From positions 1,550,001 to 1,614,000 of the forward strand of contig CM035350.1 in NCBI GenBank assembly GCA_020137815.1: a stretch of 64,000 bases of DNA, given 5' to 3'. Positions within the stretch are counted from its first letter, which is position 1. The number at the start of each line of letters is the position of its first letter. This DNA is from Hormiphora californensis (taxonomy: Eukaryota; Animalia; Ctenophora). Both the position numbers and the translations under genes were made by a program. The notes under the pieces are model-generated. The model searched no databases. It saw only the letters and a list, made by a program, of their open reading frames with translations, and had not been told where the DNA came from. This document shows, piece after piece, positions 1 to 12,241 of this stretch.

Positions 1-868
1 ACGTTTTGCCTTTGAGAGGGTCTTGGTCGGGTAGGTAACGTTTTGCCTTTGAGAGGGTCTTGGTCTGGTTTGATGTTTATCGTATTTGTTGGTCTGTCTG
101 GGGCACACTCTCAAGCTATGTCTTGTCTTACTCTTAATTATTGAATAGTCAATTACATTCACAATATCAACTGTACACAATAAATGAACAAACAATACGG
201 ACAGGTGAACTTACGACCTTGATGAATGATTGGTACCGTGATGTTGTTGGTGATGAGATGAGAGGTGTAAACATTTCCAATGGTGACAAAGAACGAAAAC
301 GATCAAACACAAACAATGGGTTGGGCAGATTGTAGCACCACTAGAGTGTAAAATGTTCTAGAAGACGATTCGGATGAGATAGATAATAACATTTGTTAGT
401 TGTTACACGCGATAAGCGACTTAGTGCACCAAAACACAAGGATTGTCTCTGTAGTGTGGTGTTTTGCAATGTCCGCTATATTGGGAGAGGTGGGTGGGGG
501 AGGGCGGGTGGGGGTGGGGCGGGGGGTAATATTGGACAAAAATGTTGCTGTAATTTAGTAATGAGACCAGTCCAGGCCCGAGAGACAGTTCAGTGGTAAC
601 TGGGGGGTCATGTGTGATGGAAATGAGAACTAGAGGCAGATTTGAGTTGCATTTTATTGAGGAAAATAGCCCTTTTTAGTGTCTGAGACAAGCAAAAGTG
701 AAACGAAATGCAACGTAACGAACGAGTCCTTGTCGGCTAGTCAATACCAGGCTATTATTGCTGCCGCTCAGCTAGCTGACTATCGTGAACTGTCAATGAG
801 CTGTAAGTGAGCTGTATCTCAACTACTCAAATTCCTAATCAAGATATTGTTCCCACACTAGGACTCAC

Positions 869-1569
869 ATTAATCAGGTTGCTATGTGACTGGGTGTGTT
901 TCTCCTCCGCACTATTCAACAGTTTCACCGTGTTTTGGTACTTTTCAGCGGGTATTGGGTGCTGCTTGTACAGCTTATCCTTCTTTTTTCGCAACTGGGA
1001 GGGGAAGTTTCAATATCAATATTATATGGGGTGGGGGGTGCTGTTTATAACTGTAGCAGACTTGAATTAGGACAAACAACTAAAAAGTCTCACCGATTCA
1101 ACTTCATTCTTTGCCTGGGATCTCTTTTTGGTGGCGGTGTTCATGTTACTGAAGAGAGAGTGGAGGCGCATCACTGAAGCCTGGGTCGTCTGGTGGACCT
1201 CATCAAGCTGGGAAATAGAGGGTGCTAATAAATCAATAGTCTAATGGTCTCAATACACGTGGAAAAGCTTGGCCAATGTTGGCTTTACACAATCTTAAAG
1301 CGACTAAATTCCCGTACCATTTTGTATCTCTGAGTAATGATGAGGTCGACACATCGAGCAATAGATGACGCGTCGAGACCAATCTTGTTGACCTGTTTCA
1401 GACAAGTACTCATTCTCTTTTGCCCTTTACACAAGTTGATGTGACTGGCTCTCCATCGTTTAATTCCCTCACTCAACGCTACAGTCCTCTTTTCTAGCTC
1501 CCGATACTCCGCAAACAGTTGATCCTCCTCTGTTCTCGGTGGTTTCTTTCTCCGGAACAACGTCGCCAT
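869..1569 (-). CDS. N-BAR domain protein, BIN3 (bridging integrator 3)-like; multi-exon, 3' end not resolved
   Basis: Exons ~1569-1318 (MATLFRRKKPPRTEEDQLFAEYRELEKRTVAL...), ~1208-1095 (LDEVHQTTQASVMRLHSLFSNMNTATKKRSQA, like BIN3 'LKKFGSVFPSLNMAVKRREQA') and ~994-869, all with GT-AG ends. The protein is helical coiled-coil. Confidence 0.55.
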
Positions 1570-1646
1570 GGTAACTATAACTGGGGTAACAATTTTAAAA
1601 CTCACACGGCGCTTACCAGCACAATAAACAAACAAACATATCACAC

Positions 1647-2829
1647 TCAGTAGAATGTCCAGAATGCCACTTTATTGTCTCTGCCAGCGGTGGTGATTCT
1701 ATTACCACCCCATAACACAATATCTGTCACAGTCTCAGGGCTGTGAGCCTCAACAACACCCAGGAACTTGTCCTTCTTGCAGGAGTACAACCTGACCCCT
1801 CCATCCCACCCACCCGCTACATACAGCCTCCCATCATCCCTCACCCTCAGCACCCCCACACTCTTGCACTCCAGGGAGGTAGACGATTGGGCAGCTGCCA
1901 AGTCACCACCCTCCAACATCTGGCTCCGTGCCAGGGTCCCATCAGGGGATGAGGTGTAGATAGTGCGGTGGTGGGTGGCAATGGCCGATATTATCTCCTC
2001 GTGGATCTTGCATTCCGCAACTTGTCTAATGTTATCTCGGTGGTCAAATACCACCAGGTCACCACTCTCATATCCCAGATAGAGGTATTGGTCGTCCACA
2101 GAGAGGTTCCAACACATACCTGGAAGGGTGGAGAAATTAGAATACTGTTACTGGTTAGGGAAGGAATATCTTTCTGGAAAGAATTGAATGGGGAGAGAGG
2201 GACGAATGTAAAACCGACCACTAACAAATCCTGGTGTTTACAAACCTAAAACAAACATACCCTTTTTGCCAGCGAATGATGGTTTGAATGTTCTTATTGT
2301 CTCAAGAGTATCAGTTCGTATACAGGCAATCTCTCCATCAGAGTCCAAGGCAAGGAAGGCATGTTTAGTATCGGGGGTGAGTGTTACACGACAGAATCCA
2401 GTACTTGATATGGGACGAGTTCGAACTGCTTTACCCTCCCTCCAAAGAGTTAGAGCCCCCTCTCGACCCTGAGTCAGTAGGTAGTCCTCACCGACTCTCA
2501 CCACTCGCTGGACTAATCCTGGGAGAGGGTGGTTGTGAAACAACGATGAAGCAAACCCAATGGAGGGATGTGAATAATTAAAGGGGCAATATAGAATTGT
2601 ACAAGATCTTCTTTCTTGGAGAAAGGGCCAGTGATAACTAATACATCATCATAATATGGTGTATCATATCACCTTTGTGTGCATTCCAGGAGTAACGAGG
2701 TCTCATAATATCAGTGTCGTACACAGTAACGAGACCCTCCTCAGTCCCACAAACCAGGGAGCTGCCAGTCATCTCTAGGGAGGTAACCACACTCTCACAT
2801 CGGATTACGTAATCTGGGGCTGCTGACAT
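1647..2829 (-). CDS. GNB1L: WD40 protein GNB1L/ASA1-like (3 exons)
   Basis: Motifs MSAAPDYVIR...CGTEEGLVTVYD, LLTQGREGALTLW...STGFCR, LGYESGDLVVFD, VRDDGRLYVAGGWDGGVRLY, AGRDNKVAFWTFY* follow the GNB1L order (P.F.LRG, LLSQGRD, GFCR, AGWD, GSKD.RISLW.LY). Confidence 0.8.
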
Positions 2830-3232
2830 TATAGTGCTAAAGAGAGGAGAGAGGACGGTTAGCTAAGAGAATTGATTTCACTTTCCAGGGAAGGTATTTC
2901 ATACAATATTCCCTATAAAGTAACTTCGGGGTGTGGGTAAATCCAGAATACGATAATCGATATTTAAGAGGAATTATCATTATTGATAGTCAAGTCAAAA
3001 GACAAAGATTTGTAAAACCAGCAAAAATGATTTTTGTACATAAAATGAACTTTAAACATGCATAAAAATCTTAAACAAATTCATCTCGTAGAGAGAGTTT
3101 TTAGTGATTGAATGTATCAAAAAGCGCTCAGCACCTAAAAAAATCCCTCTTTTTCGACCCATAAAACTCGATAGTGATTCCGTGATTCTATAACATACAT
3201 ACCCAGCAAGCAATATGTCTCTCTCATTCTCT

Positions 3233-5066
3233 CTAATACATGGTCTTCAGATACTTGCACAGCACCTGAATTGCCCCAGTATTATCCTTGTTTAAAGCGA
3301 GCCGTCGATGAGTACCCACAGTCGTCCTCAGTTCCTCCTCCCATTTGCCCAGCCGTTTAACCAGGTGCTCCAATACCTCAGGGGTTGTCGTCATGGAATA
3401 GTGTTCTGTGTAGATCACCCTCACTTCCTCTCTCCTCGCCTCCACCTCGTTAAAGATCCCATCCAGCTCCTGGATCTTACTCTCCTCCAAATCTGGGATG
3501 TTATCAACCGATCCGGCGCTGATAAGAGCTAGGTTGTATAGCAGTTGGAGGTCAATATTTGCCGTTTTAACCCGGAAACACAGCTCTCCTACCGATCTAC
3601 AGAAATCTCCAACAACAAGTCGGGCAGCATGTGTCTTTATAGACCGCTGACATCGGACAAACTTGTACACATGCCTGGATATATCTCCCTCGATAGGGGG
3701 CGTGGTATTGCGAACAAATACCACGGGAACTGGAAGGTTAATCGCTTTGCGGTAGTTGTCTAAAATAGCAGATTTGGCCAGGTTCTGCTTGTTAGGTTTA
3801 GCATGATCAAACTGCCCATAGCCAAGATCCAAATCTACACTGTAACAAATTCCCCTGTCCCTCAAATTGTGTATCATCTCCTTAAGTTTATCCAACTTCT
3901 GGCCCTCAATGAAATTCAGAAGATATTGCACGATCAGGAGCATGGAATTTTTCAGGTCTTTTGATGCTCGTAACGAGACGGGGCTCATTTCATCGAAATT
4001 GCTGCTGTAAAATGGTTTACCCTCCTTCCACCTCCCAGATATGTTAGCTGGTTCTTTGTACAAGTAAAGCTGCCGCAATTGATCATCTGTAGCTGCTAGA
4101 AATGGTGTTTTGTGGCAAATAATGAACACAAGAAGAGCACCCAAACTCCACATATCCATATTGGGATCGAAGTCCTTCTTTTCTAACTTCTCCGACCCCT
4201 TTTTGCCGCCCCAAATGCCCCATGAGGAAGCCTTGTTTTTCTCTTTCTCCTTATGTGCCTCTACTAACATCATTTGGGTGAACATTTCAGGGTTTACATA
4301 GTGCTTATCCCCCACAATGCTTTGGAGTGGAACGGCAGTGCCACTTCCCGTTTGGTACTGTTTGACAGTACTGAAATCGCCCATCTTGAAGGTCATTGTC
4401 CCGTCGTTGTTCTGTTGGACTAGGATGTTGTCCGGCTTCAGATCTCGGTGAACAAAGTTGTTTTCTCGGAGGTGGAAATATCCGGCATGAATATCTGAGG
4501 GGAAGGCATGACATTTTGGCAGAGAAAGAGAGAGAGAAAAAAAAGAGAGTGAGATATATATAGAGAGAGAAATGATAATTACCGAGAATGGCTTGATAGC
4601 ATTTGTATACGCCCATTCCGGATTTGTTGTCCAAATCGTTTGTCAGCAGCTTCGTCAACGTGTCGCCTTTGCAATATTCCATGTAGATACAGTTTTTATC
4701 GTCTGCAATAATAATGCAAATTTAATCAACATGTGTCTTCTAAGCTAGCTTTGTTTCATTTTGAACTAAAACTGAGTACCTTACCTTACTAAACTATTTT
4801 ACGAATACCACTACATTGCCCTGTTAGATATTAATAACTTGATAATTTGATTTGATTTTAGATATTAATAACTCACAGTGTAATATCTCTACGATATTTT
4901 CATGTTTAGGCAGCTTCAAACTAACATCTCGCTCGTAGCTAAAGTTCTGTTGCTGCTCTTTCTTATATTCCTTGATGGCAACAGGATTTCCGTCATTATC
5001 GTATCCTTTATAAACCTTGGCAAAAGTCCCTTCGCCCAATTTTATCTTCGTTTTGCTGTAAGACAT
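3233..5066 (-). CDS. TBK1/IKK-epsilon-like Ser/Thr kinase, divergent (3 exons)
   Basis: LGEGTFAKVYKG, VAIK, MEYC, HRDLKPDNIL, DFS, LQSIVGDKHYVNPE, DMWSLG. KEPANISGRWKEGKPFYSSNF...SLRASKDLKNSMLLIVQYLL aligns with TBK1 GKPSGAISGVQK...[20 protein letters not shown]. A helical C-terminal region follows. Confidence 0.7.
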
Positions 5067-5145
5067 TCTAATTTACAGTGCAATCAGGAGTTAAAATCAC
5101 ATTTTTCAAACTGAATTTTGGACAGAGGAGATGCATGAACCCTAC

Positions 5146-5870
5146 ACTAAAATGGCTCTAACCGCCTGCGCCAAACCACTCAACCGGTTTGGCTAATGCA
5201 AAGTTTATCTGGTAGAAAATGTCAAGGCCTAGCCCCAATCCAAGCCCCAACCCTAACCCTACCTTAGCCCTAACCCTACTTTAGCTCTAACCCTAAAAAC
5301 CGTGAGTGCTGACACTCCAACAACCCAGTTTTGGCCAGCGTTAAAATCTGGGTGTTTCGTGAGTGCTGACAAACGGTTTTTCAGGGTTACGATCTGGGTG
5401 TTTCGTGGCCTGTTTACAGGTGCGCGCTGCCAAAAAAGTTGATTCACTAAAATGGCTCTAACCGCCAAACCACTCAACCCTTGTGGCTAATTCAAAGTTT
5501 ATCTGGTAGGAACTGTCAAGGCCTAACCCCTAGCCCTACTTTAGCCATAACCCTAAAAAACCGTTTGTCAGCACTCACGAAACATCAAACACCCAGATTT
5601 TAACGCTGGCCAAGAAAAATGGGCGCCGTTACGATCTGGGTGTTTGGTGGCCTGTTTACAGGTGCGCGCTGCCAAAAAAGTTGATTCACTAAAACGGCTC
5701 TAACCGCCGAACCACTCAACCGTTTTGGCTAATTCAAAGTTTATCTGGTAGGGAATGTCAAGGCCTAACCCCAACCCAAACCCCAACCCTAACCCTAACC
5801 CTACTTTAGCCCTAACCCTCAAAAACCGTTTGTCAGCACTCACGAAACACCCAGATTTTAACGCTGGCCT
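5146..5870. repeat. Three tandem ~270-bp modules containing degenerate (TAACCC)n telomere-like tracts
   Basis: 'cactaaaatggctctaaccgc...ttggctaattcaaagtttatctggtag..tgtcaaggccta..ccctaaccct' starts at ~5146, ~5445 and ~5686. An inverted copy lies at ~7625-7910. Confidence 0.85.
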
Positions 5871-7500
5871 TGGCATACGTTGCAGGCCCCTTATAATATA
5901 ATATAAGGGGCCTGGAGGGAATACCGCGCTAGGGGGGAATACATAATCAATCATATCTCCGGTTCCAGATAAGGTACAGAAATCGTTTTGGTAGCGTTGG
6001 AAAGAGGAAGATAACAGCTTTCAAATGCAACCGGTTTCAGGTCTCTATCTTATCAGGAACAGGAGATATGAACCAAACTCCGCAAAATCGAGTGCGGTAA
6101 AATCAAAATTTGAATGAAATTTTTAAAAAGGTGTCCCTGCAAGAATCTGTGACGTCACTTTTTGAAAACAACCCATCTTTCAACGGCTATTGCTCAGCCT
6201 CCTTAAGTCCAATTAACTTCTCTCAAAAACAGCAAGGTAGATAATCGTCAGATCTAACAACTGGTGAAAGAATCAAGTCAAACGGACTTCAGGAGCCAAA
6301 GTTATAAGCACCGCCGTTTTTTCGACCGCAAAGTTATCTTCGACCCAGCCGGGATCAGGCCAAACGCGCGCGCGGCATTCCCTCCAGTCCCCTCGTTGCG
6401 GGGGTGCGCGCATGAGGGGGCTGCAGCGCATTCCAAACGCTGGCCAAGAAAAATTGAAGAAGACAGAGCTCAGCTCTGAGATAAACTCGTTATGTCTGCA
6501 ATGCATCGTTTTATTTGTAACGCGCGAATAATTACATAAAAACGATGCATTTCTGTGCGCTGAAAATTCAAACTGATTTTTTTGACTTTTGTAAAGTCCA
6601 TTTTTATTCAACTGTTCACCCCTCAACTCGTGCGCGTGCGATATTTTAATTTACGCTGCGCGCGCTACACGTTAACATGTGATAAACGCGCAAAACAATT
6701 CCGCGCACGACTTTGGGGGGTGAACAGTTGAAAAAAAATGGACATTAAAAAATTGCCAACGCGGAAGGCCTTGAAAAGCGTTGGCATAAAGTCGGATTTT
6801 TTGAAGTTGTCACCCCCCTTCTCGTGCGCGGAATGTTTTTGCGCGTCACATCACATGTTAACGTGTGGTGTGCGCGTCAAAATTGATAAATTTCACATGC
6901 GCGGTCATTTGGGGGTGACAACTTCAAAAAATCCGACTTTACGTTGCAGGCCCCTTATAATATAATATAAGGGGCCTGGAGGGAATACCGCGCTAGGGGG
7001 GAATACATAATCAATCATATCTCCGGTTCCAGATAAGGTACAGAAATCGTTTTGGTAGCGTTGGAAAGAGGAAGATAACAGCTTTCAAATGCAACCGGTT
7101 TCAGGTCTCTATCTTATCAGGAACAGGAGATATGAACCAAACTCCGCAAAATCGAGTGCGGTAAAATCAAAATTTGAATGAAATGTTAAAAAAGGTGTCC
7201 CTGCAAGAATCTGTGACGTCACTTTTTGAAAACAACCCATCTTTCAACGGCTATTGCTCAGCCTCATTAAGTCCAATTAACTTCTCTCAAAAACAGCAAG
7301 GTAGATAATCGTCAGATCTAACAACTGGTGAAAGAATCAAGTCAAACGGACTTCAGGAGCCAAAGTTATAAGCACCGCCGTTTTTTCGACCGCAAAGTTA
7401 TCTTCGACCCAGCCGGTATCAGGCCAAACGCGCGCGCGGCATTCCCTCCAGTCCCCTCGTTGCGGGGGTGCGCGCGTGAGGGGGCTGCAGCGCATTCCAA
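5870..7500. mobile_element. Non-autonomous DNA-transposon-like repeat: two ~560-bp direct copies (5877-6437, 6940-7500) separated by palindromic modules
   Basis: Near-identical copies begin 'acgttgcaggccccttataatatataataaggggcctgg'. Internal inverted repeat catatctccggttccagataag / cttatcaggaacaggagatatg. A third, inverted copy lies at ~20050-20570. Confidence 0.8.
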
Positions 7501-7780
7501 TTAATGAATGAAAAGCGCTGCCTTTTCCCGTGCTGTCGGGGGTCAGCGGCATTTGCCAAGCCAACGCCCTACGTTGAAAAGCGCTGCTCTATCCCGCGCT
7601 GCCAGCAACTTTTGCCAACGCCCTACGTTAAAATCTGGGTGTTTGGAAATTGGAGTGTCACTTGTCAGCAGTCAGCACTCACGGTTTTTTAGGGTTATGG
7701 CTAAAATAGGGTTAGGGTTAGGGTTAGGGCCGGGGTTTGGGTTGGGGCTTGAAATTTCCTATCAGATAAACTTTGGATTA

Positions 7781-7899
7781 AAGTGCGTTTCAAACGACTT
7801 GACCTGAGATTCCTGGAAATTCAGGATTTCCCCTTTGTAAATACACGCGCAATGCGCCAAATTCCAAGAATTACGGGTCAAGTCGCTTGAAACGGACTT
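7781..7899. mobile_element. ~120-bp MITE with ~24-bp imperfect TIRs and TA target duplication, nested in the telomere-like module
   Basis: TIRs aagtgcgtttcaaacgacttgacc / ggtcaagtcgcttgaaacggactt. Empty-site copies in this window read agataaactttgaattagccaa; here the site reads ...ggatTA[MITE]TAgcc. Confidence 0.75.
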
Positions 7900-8006
7900 T
7901 AGCCAAAGCCCAAAACGTTTTAATTCGGAAGGAATCTGATGACTGAATTTTGAACATTTGCATTTTAGGGCTTGATGGAAGTGTAGTAGCTAGTGTATGG
8001 TGGGAC

Positions 8007-11000
8007 ATGGAGTTCCAGAACCTGCAGAGTCTGCTCAACAGAGCAACTGCCCCGAATAGTGAGGAGGAGGCGAAACACTACTGCACTCGGTTCACCACCC
8101 TAGTGAATCAGGAGCCCGATGGAGCATCCCGGGCAATCACTCTGCTAATAGCTAAGGTTCAGAGTCAGAATGAGCCTGTTGCATTGCGTGCCATTCATGT
8201 CATGGACCAGTGTGGGAAATTGTGTGGGAAACCCTTCCAGGCGCAGATTGGGAAGTTTCGATTTCTCAACGAACTGATTAAACTTGTCAGTGTCAAGGTA
8301 AGGTGCAGTGTGCGCTATCATCAAATAACTGACTACTGTAGGTGCTTTGTCTATCATCAAATATCTGAATACTGTGTGTCTATTGTTCTCTAACGCTAAT
8401 TAACAACCCTCAGTACGCGGGCAACCAAACTCCAGTGGCTGTAAGGAGTGCCATTGTGCAACAATTGAAGCTCTGGTCCCGAGTCTATAAAGATCAACCC
8501 AAGATCCAGGAAGCATTTAATATGTTGGAGAAGACAGGAAATACCAACATTCAGGTAGCAACTTGATGTGTGTCTGTGTGCTACACGCAATAGTTATTTT
8601 AGTAAGAGTGTAATCTTGTGAGATAGCAGGTTGGTGGTAAATTTCTCTCTGCTAATTTTACCATCCTTTCTCAGACGGCACCTAAAAAGGATTTCACTTA
8701 TGCTGTTGGTGAAGATGCGGATAAGGCCGCTCTGCTCTCTCAGCTATTGAAAAGCAAGAGTAAGGCAGATCTGGAGACAGCCAACAAAATGATTAAGGTA
8801 CTACTCATTGATAATTTATTACATAAAGGGATTGGATAACATCTGAATACTATCCGGACGTTTGAATACACTTGGAGGAATTCTAAAGTGTTCTTGTCCC
8901 TCAGGACATGGTAGCGGCAGAAGGAAGAAAGGTAGAACTTGATGCCGAGCTGCTAAAAGATGTGGCCCTAATCCACAACAACGGTCGTCTCCTATCTGAG
9001 ATGTTAGCTAATGAGGATGCGAAAACGGAAGAAGAGCAACTTCTCCTAGATGAGCTACACAAGACGTGTGTGGGATTGAGGCCTAAATTGTACCGCCTAG
9101 CTGGACAATTATCAGATAGTGCTCAGTTGTCCTCTGTTGTGGAGGCTGGGGAGACGCTGAACAAGGCGATAGAGCAATATGAGATGATGATGGGAGCTAG
9201 GAGAGCTGGGTCTGGTGCCCCACCCCAACTTGGGGGTTATCAGGCACCCACCGCACCCTCCACAGCTGCTGCTGCACCCGGTTAGTGTTATCTGAAATGA
9301 TCAACATTTAGTCGCATATAATATGCAGATAAATATTAAATATACTGAACTTACACTTTTTATGGCAATTTTAGAGCCAGACAAAAATATAAAATATGAA
9401 TGGGATTTCCTTTTACACACTTTACCATGACGTCATTCTTCTCTCTCTCCCAGTAACCTAATTTCTGGCATGTAGCATGATAGCCCCCACTGTTTCCCTC
9501 AGCAGCGGATCTTGAGAGCACTACCCTGATAAATCTAGACGAGGGAGAGCCCTCTTCACAGACAATGAGCGCGGCAGACTTTGACGACTTCCTAACTAGT
9601 GTCACCAGCACAACCCCAGCAGCAGCAGCAGCAGTGGTAGCTCCGGTAGAGCCAGTAGCGGCACCTGCACCAGCAACTAACGGTACACAATCACACAGCA
9701 TGGTTTAAGTATTGTAACCCCCTCCCATTCTCTATCACAGCATGGTCACATAGTCAGTAACGTCCCTAGTTACTAGTATTATAACCCCCTTCCTTTTTGC
9801 AGGTGAGGTTAGTTCAATGGGGGGATTGTTTGGTGGGATGACCCTGCAACCCCAACACCCCGTATCCCTCATGCAACCACCCCAACAAGCCACTCCACCA
9901 CCTACCAACAACAACAGTGACTTCTCTGATGCATTGGGCCTCTTTTCCGAACCCCTGACTACCTCTAATCCTGCACCTACACCTGTAAGTTGTTTTTAGT
10001 TAGTAGTTTACTAGATTGTGCCAAATTAAATGTGTGGAGCATCACTGTGTATTACACTGTTGCCAGGTTTCTGGAAATCTACTCGACGATCTATTTGGAC
10101 TTGGTGGAACTGGAGGAGGAGGAGGTGGGTTACTGGAGCCGACACTACAGCCCACTGTTCAACCAGCTATACCGGTACGTTATAGTGTATGTAGCAGGTT
10201 CCTGATACAGAGTGGCAGTGTAATTTGTAAAACGATCGAAATGAAGATCACGTTACTCTTCCTTACTCGACCTCTCGGACTACACTCCTCCCTCTCCAGG
10301 TTGCTACTGCACAGGTGGAAGAAACCCCGGCTGACACGTTTGATTTTCTGATGCCTAACCTGGGTGGGGCGGTGTTCACCAAACCGAAAGCAGCACCCAC
10401 CCTTGCAGAATTGTAAGTACCAAATATGGGACTATTTAGCAACCATCAGCCACCCACATACTGACTACTGCATATCACATATTGTACAGCACTGACCACT
10501 TCTCCCTAGGCAGAGTAAACCGGCAGAACCTGTTGCACCTGTACAACCCACTACAGTACCTTCTGGGCAACCCACTACAGTACCTGCAGTACAACCTAGT
10601 ACCACAATGGAGCCCCTGATACCAGGTTTTAGTGAACCCGCTGCTGCTGCACCTGAGATAACTCACGACCTATTCGCGGCACCCACACCCCCTGAGATAA
10701 CTCACGACCTATTCGCGGCTCCCACACCCCCAGCCCGCGATGAACTAGAAGATGTTGAGGTGCCTCTGACCCTGATCAGGCCATGTCCGGTACCTCCCCT
10801 CCTGGTACTAGATAGCCCCATAACCCGGGTACAGTTGTATAGCACGGAGAATAAACCTGTACCTGGGGTGGTAGTGTGGCTGGCTACAATTACTAACTCA
10901 GCACCAACCTCTGTTACAGTAAGTATGGATCTGGAATAAACAGTTCGGAGCTGCGATTGTAGCTAAATGTTGTACACCACACACACTCCAGTAACTCTGA

Positions 11001-11235
11001 GTAACCCATTCCCCCCGCCACCAGGAAGTGACGATAGAAGTGAGGGGTGTGGACGGGAGGGTGAAACTGGCAGCCCCCTCATCTCGACAACTCTCCCCAT
11101 TCTCTCCAATCTGTCCGGCATCACCCATACAGCAGGTGGTGTTAACTACAGATTCAACTACTGGCCTCTCTTTCAATATTAACCTATATATTCAATGGGG
11201 TCCAGGAGAGTAAAACTGGGCAGGTCACCCTTAGT
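8007..11235 (+). CDS. GGA1: GGA clathrin adaptor (VHS-GAT-hinge-GAE), multi-exon
   Basis: VHS: LLNRAT...IGKFRFLNELIKLVS.KY.G...KIQEAFNMLEK. GAT: LLSQLLKSKSKADLETANKMIKDMV...LRPKLYRLA. Clathrin box LINLD (~9526). GAE: KLAAPSSRQLSPFSPICPASPIQQVV. The last exon probably carries a 1-nt error. The symbol denotes the family, not paralog assignment. Confidence 0.9.
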
Positions 11236-11604
11236 TAGAGAGAGAGAGAGAGACAAGGAGATATTTTTTATTGTGTGCGTGTGTGGAAACTCTTGTAAAA
11301 AGTTAAAAATGAATTGTGTGTCACGACTTTAGACTCACGAATCCTCTCTTTATCTATTGTCCTATATGTGTGTGTGTGCTAATGTTTTTTTGCATAAGTG
11401 GTGAAAATTATTACGCCATTGTGTATGCAAGTGTGTGTGTGTGAGTATGTCAGTCTGTATGTATGTAAGTGTGTCTGTATGTATGTAAGTGTGTTTGCAT
11501 CCTTCTAACATTAACGCAGATTAACATTTACTATCATTTCCAATGCCTGTCTATCTATTACCCCCTTCCTTTAAACCACTATCTCCTTCTCTAGTTTAGC
11601 TAGC

Positions 11605-12241
11605 ATGGCTGAGGCGTCCCCAATCCAAATCCTGAGAATGGCGTGCAACAAAAAGACAGAGTGGGAGAAAGATGAGTTCCTTGATTCGGTTTACTGGATC
11701 CGTCAGATAATTGCCATCGTGTTCGGTGTAGTTTGGGGCGTAATCAAATTCAAGGGCATCTTCGGGATTCTTATGTAAGTCGGAAGGGGAATATTGTACC
11801 AAAATGTAACTGCTGCAAGAATCAGGATACTATTTTGATACACCGACCCTATTACTGCCTATCCCATCAGATATGTTCTGTTGAACCTTGGTATCATATT
11901 CTTCTACTATTCCTCATACCATGAGGTAGATGAAGAGGAATATGGGGGACATGGCGAGCTGGCTAAAGAGGGACTTCTCACATCCTTCTCTCTGTTTCTG
12001 GTACGCGCTACAACCCCACTGCTATGAAAGTAGTGCGCGTCAGCACTCCTTAAAGTTGAGAATAACAGCACTCGACGCGCGCACTTCCAATGTTTCCTAT
12101 GACGCGTGGATTTGCAACTTGCTACAAATTGGTGTTGCATTTCCGACCATTGTCCGTTTTCCAATCACATCACTGTTTCAGGTATTTTGGATAATTCTCT
12201 ACACGCTCTACATGCAGTCTGTAGTTTCTGTGGCGGTGTGA
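11605..12241 (+). CDS. RAB5IF: RAB5-interacting factor / C20orf24 (OPTI) family membrane protein (3 exons)
   Basis: WEKDEFLDSVYWIRQIIAIVFGVVWGVI; VDEEEYGGHGELAKEGLLTSFSLFL; VFWIILYT. Confidence 0.92.

Noticed and set aside
1-66. 38-bp tandem duplication at the window edge
   Set aside because: Under two copies and truncated by the window, so it cannot be interpreted.
5220-5830. TAACCC tracts as a true telomere or chromosome-fusion scar
   Set aside because: The tracts are short, degenerate and embedded in a repeated module between ordinary genes.
11170-11235. Apparent novel GGA C-terminus (NLYIQWGPGE*)
   Set aside because: Removing one base gives ITYIFNGVQESKTGQV, which fits the GAE last strands. 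A consensus indel is more likely.
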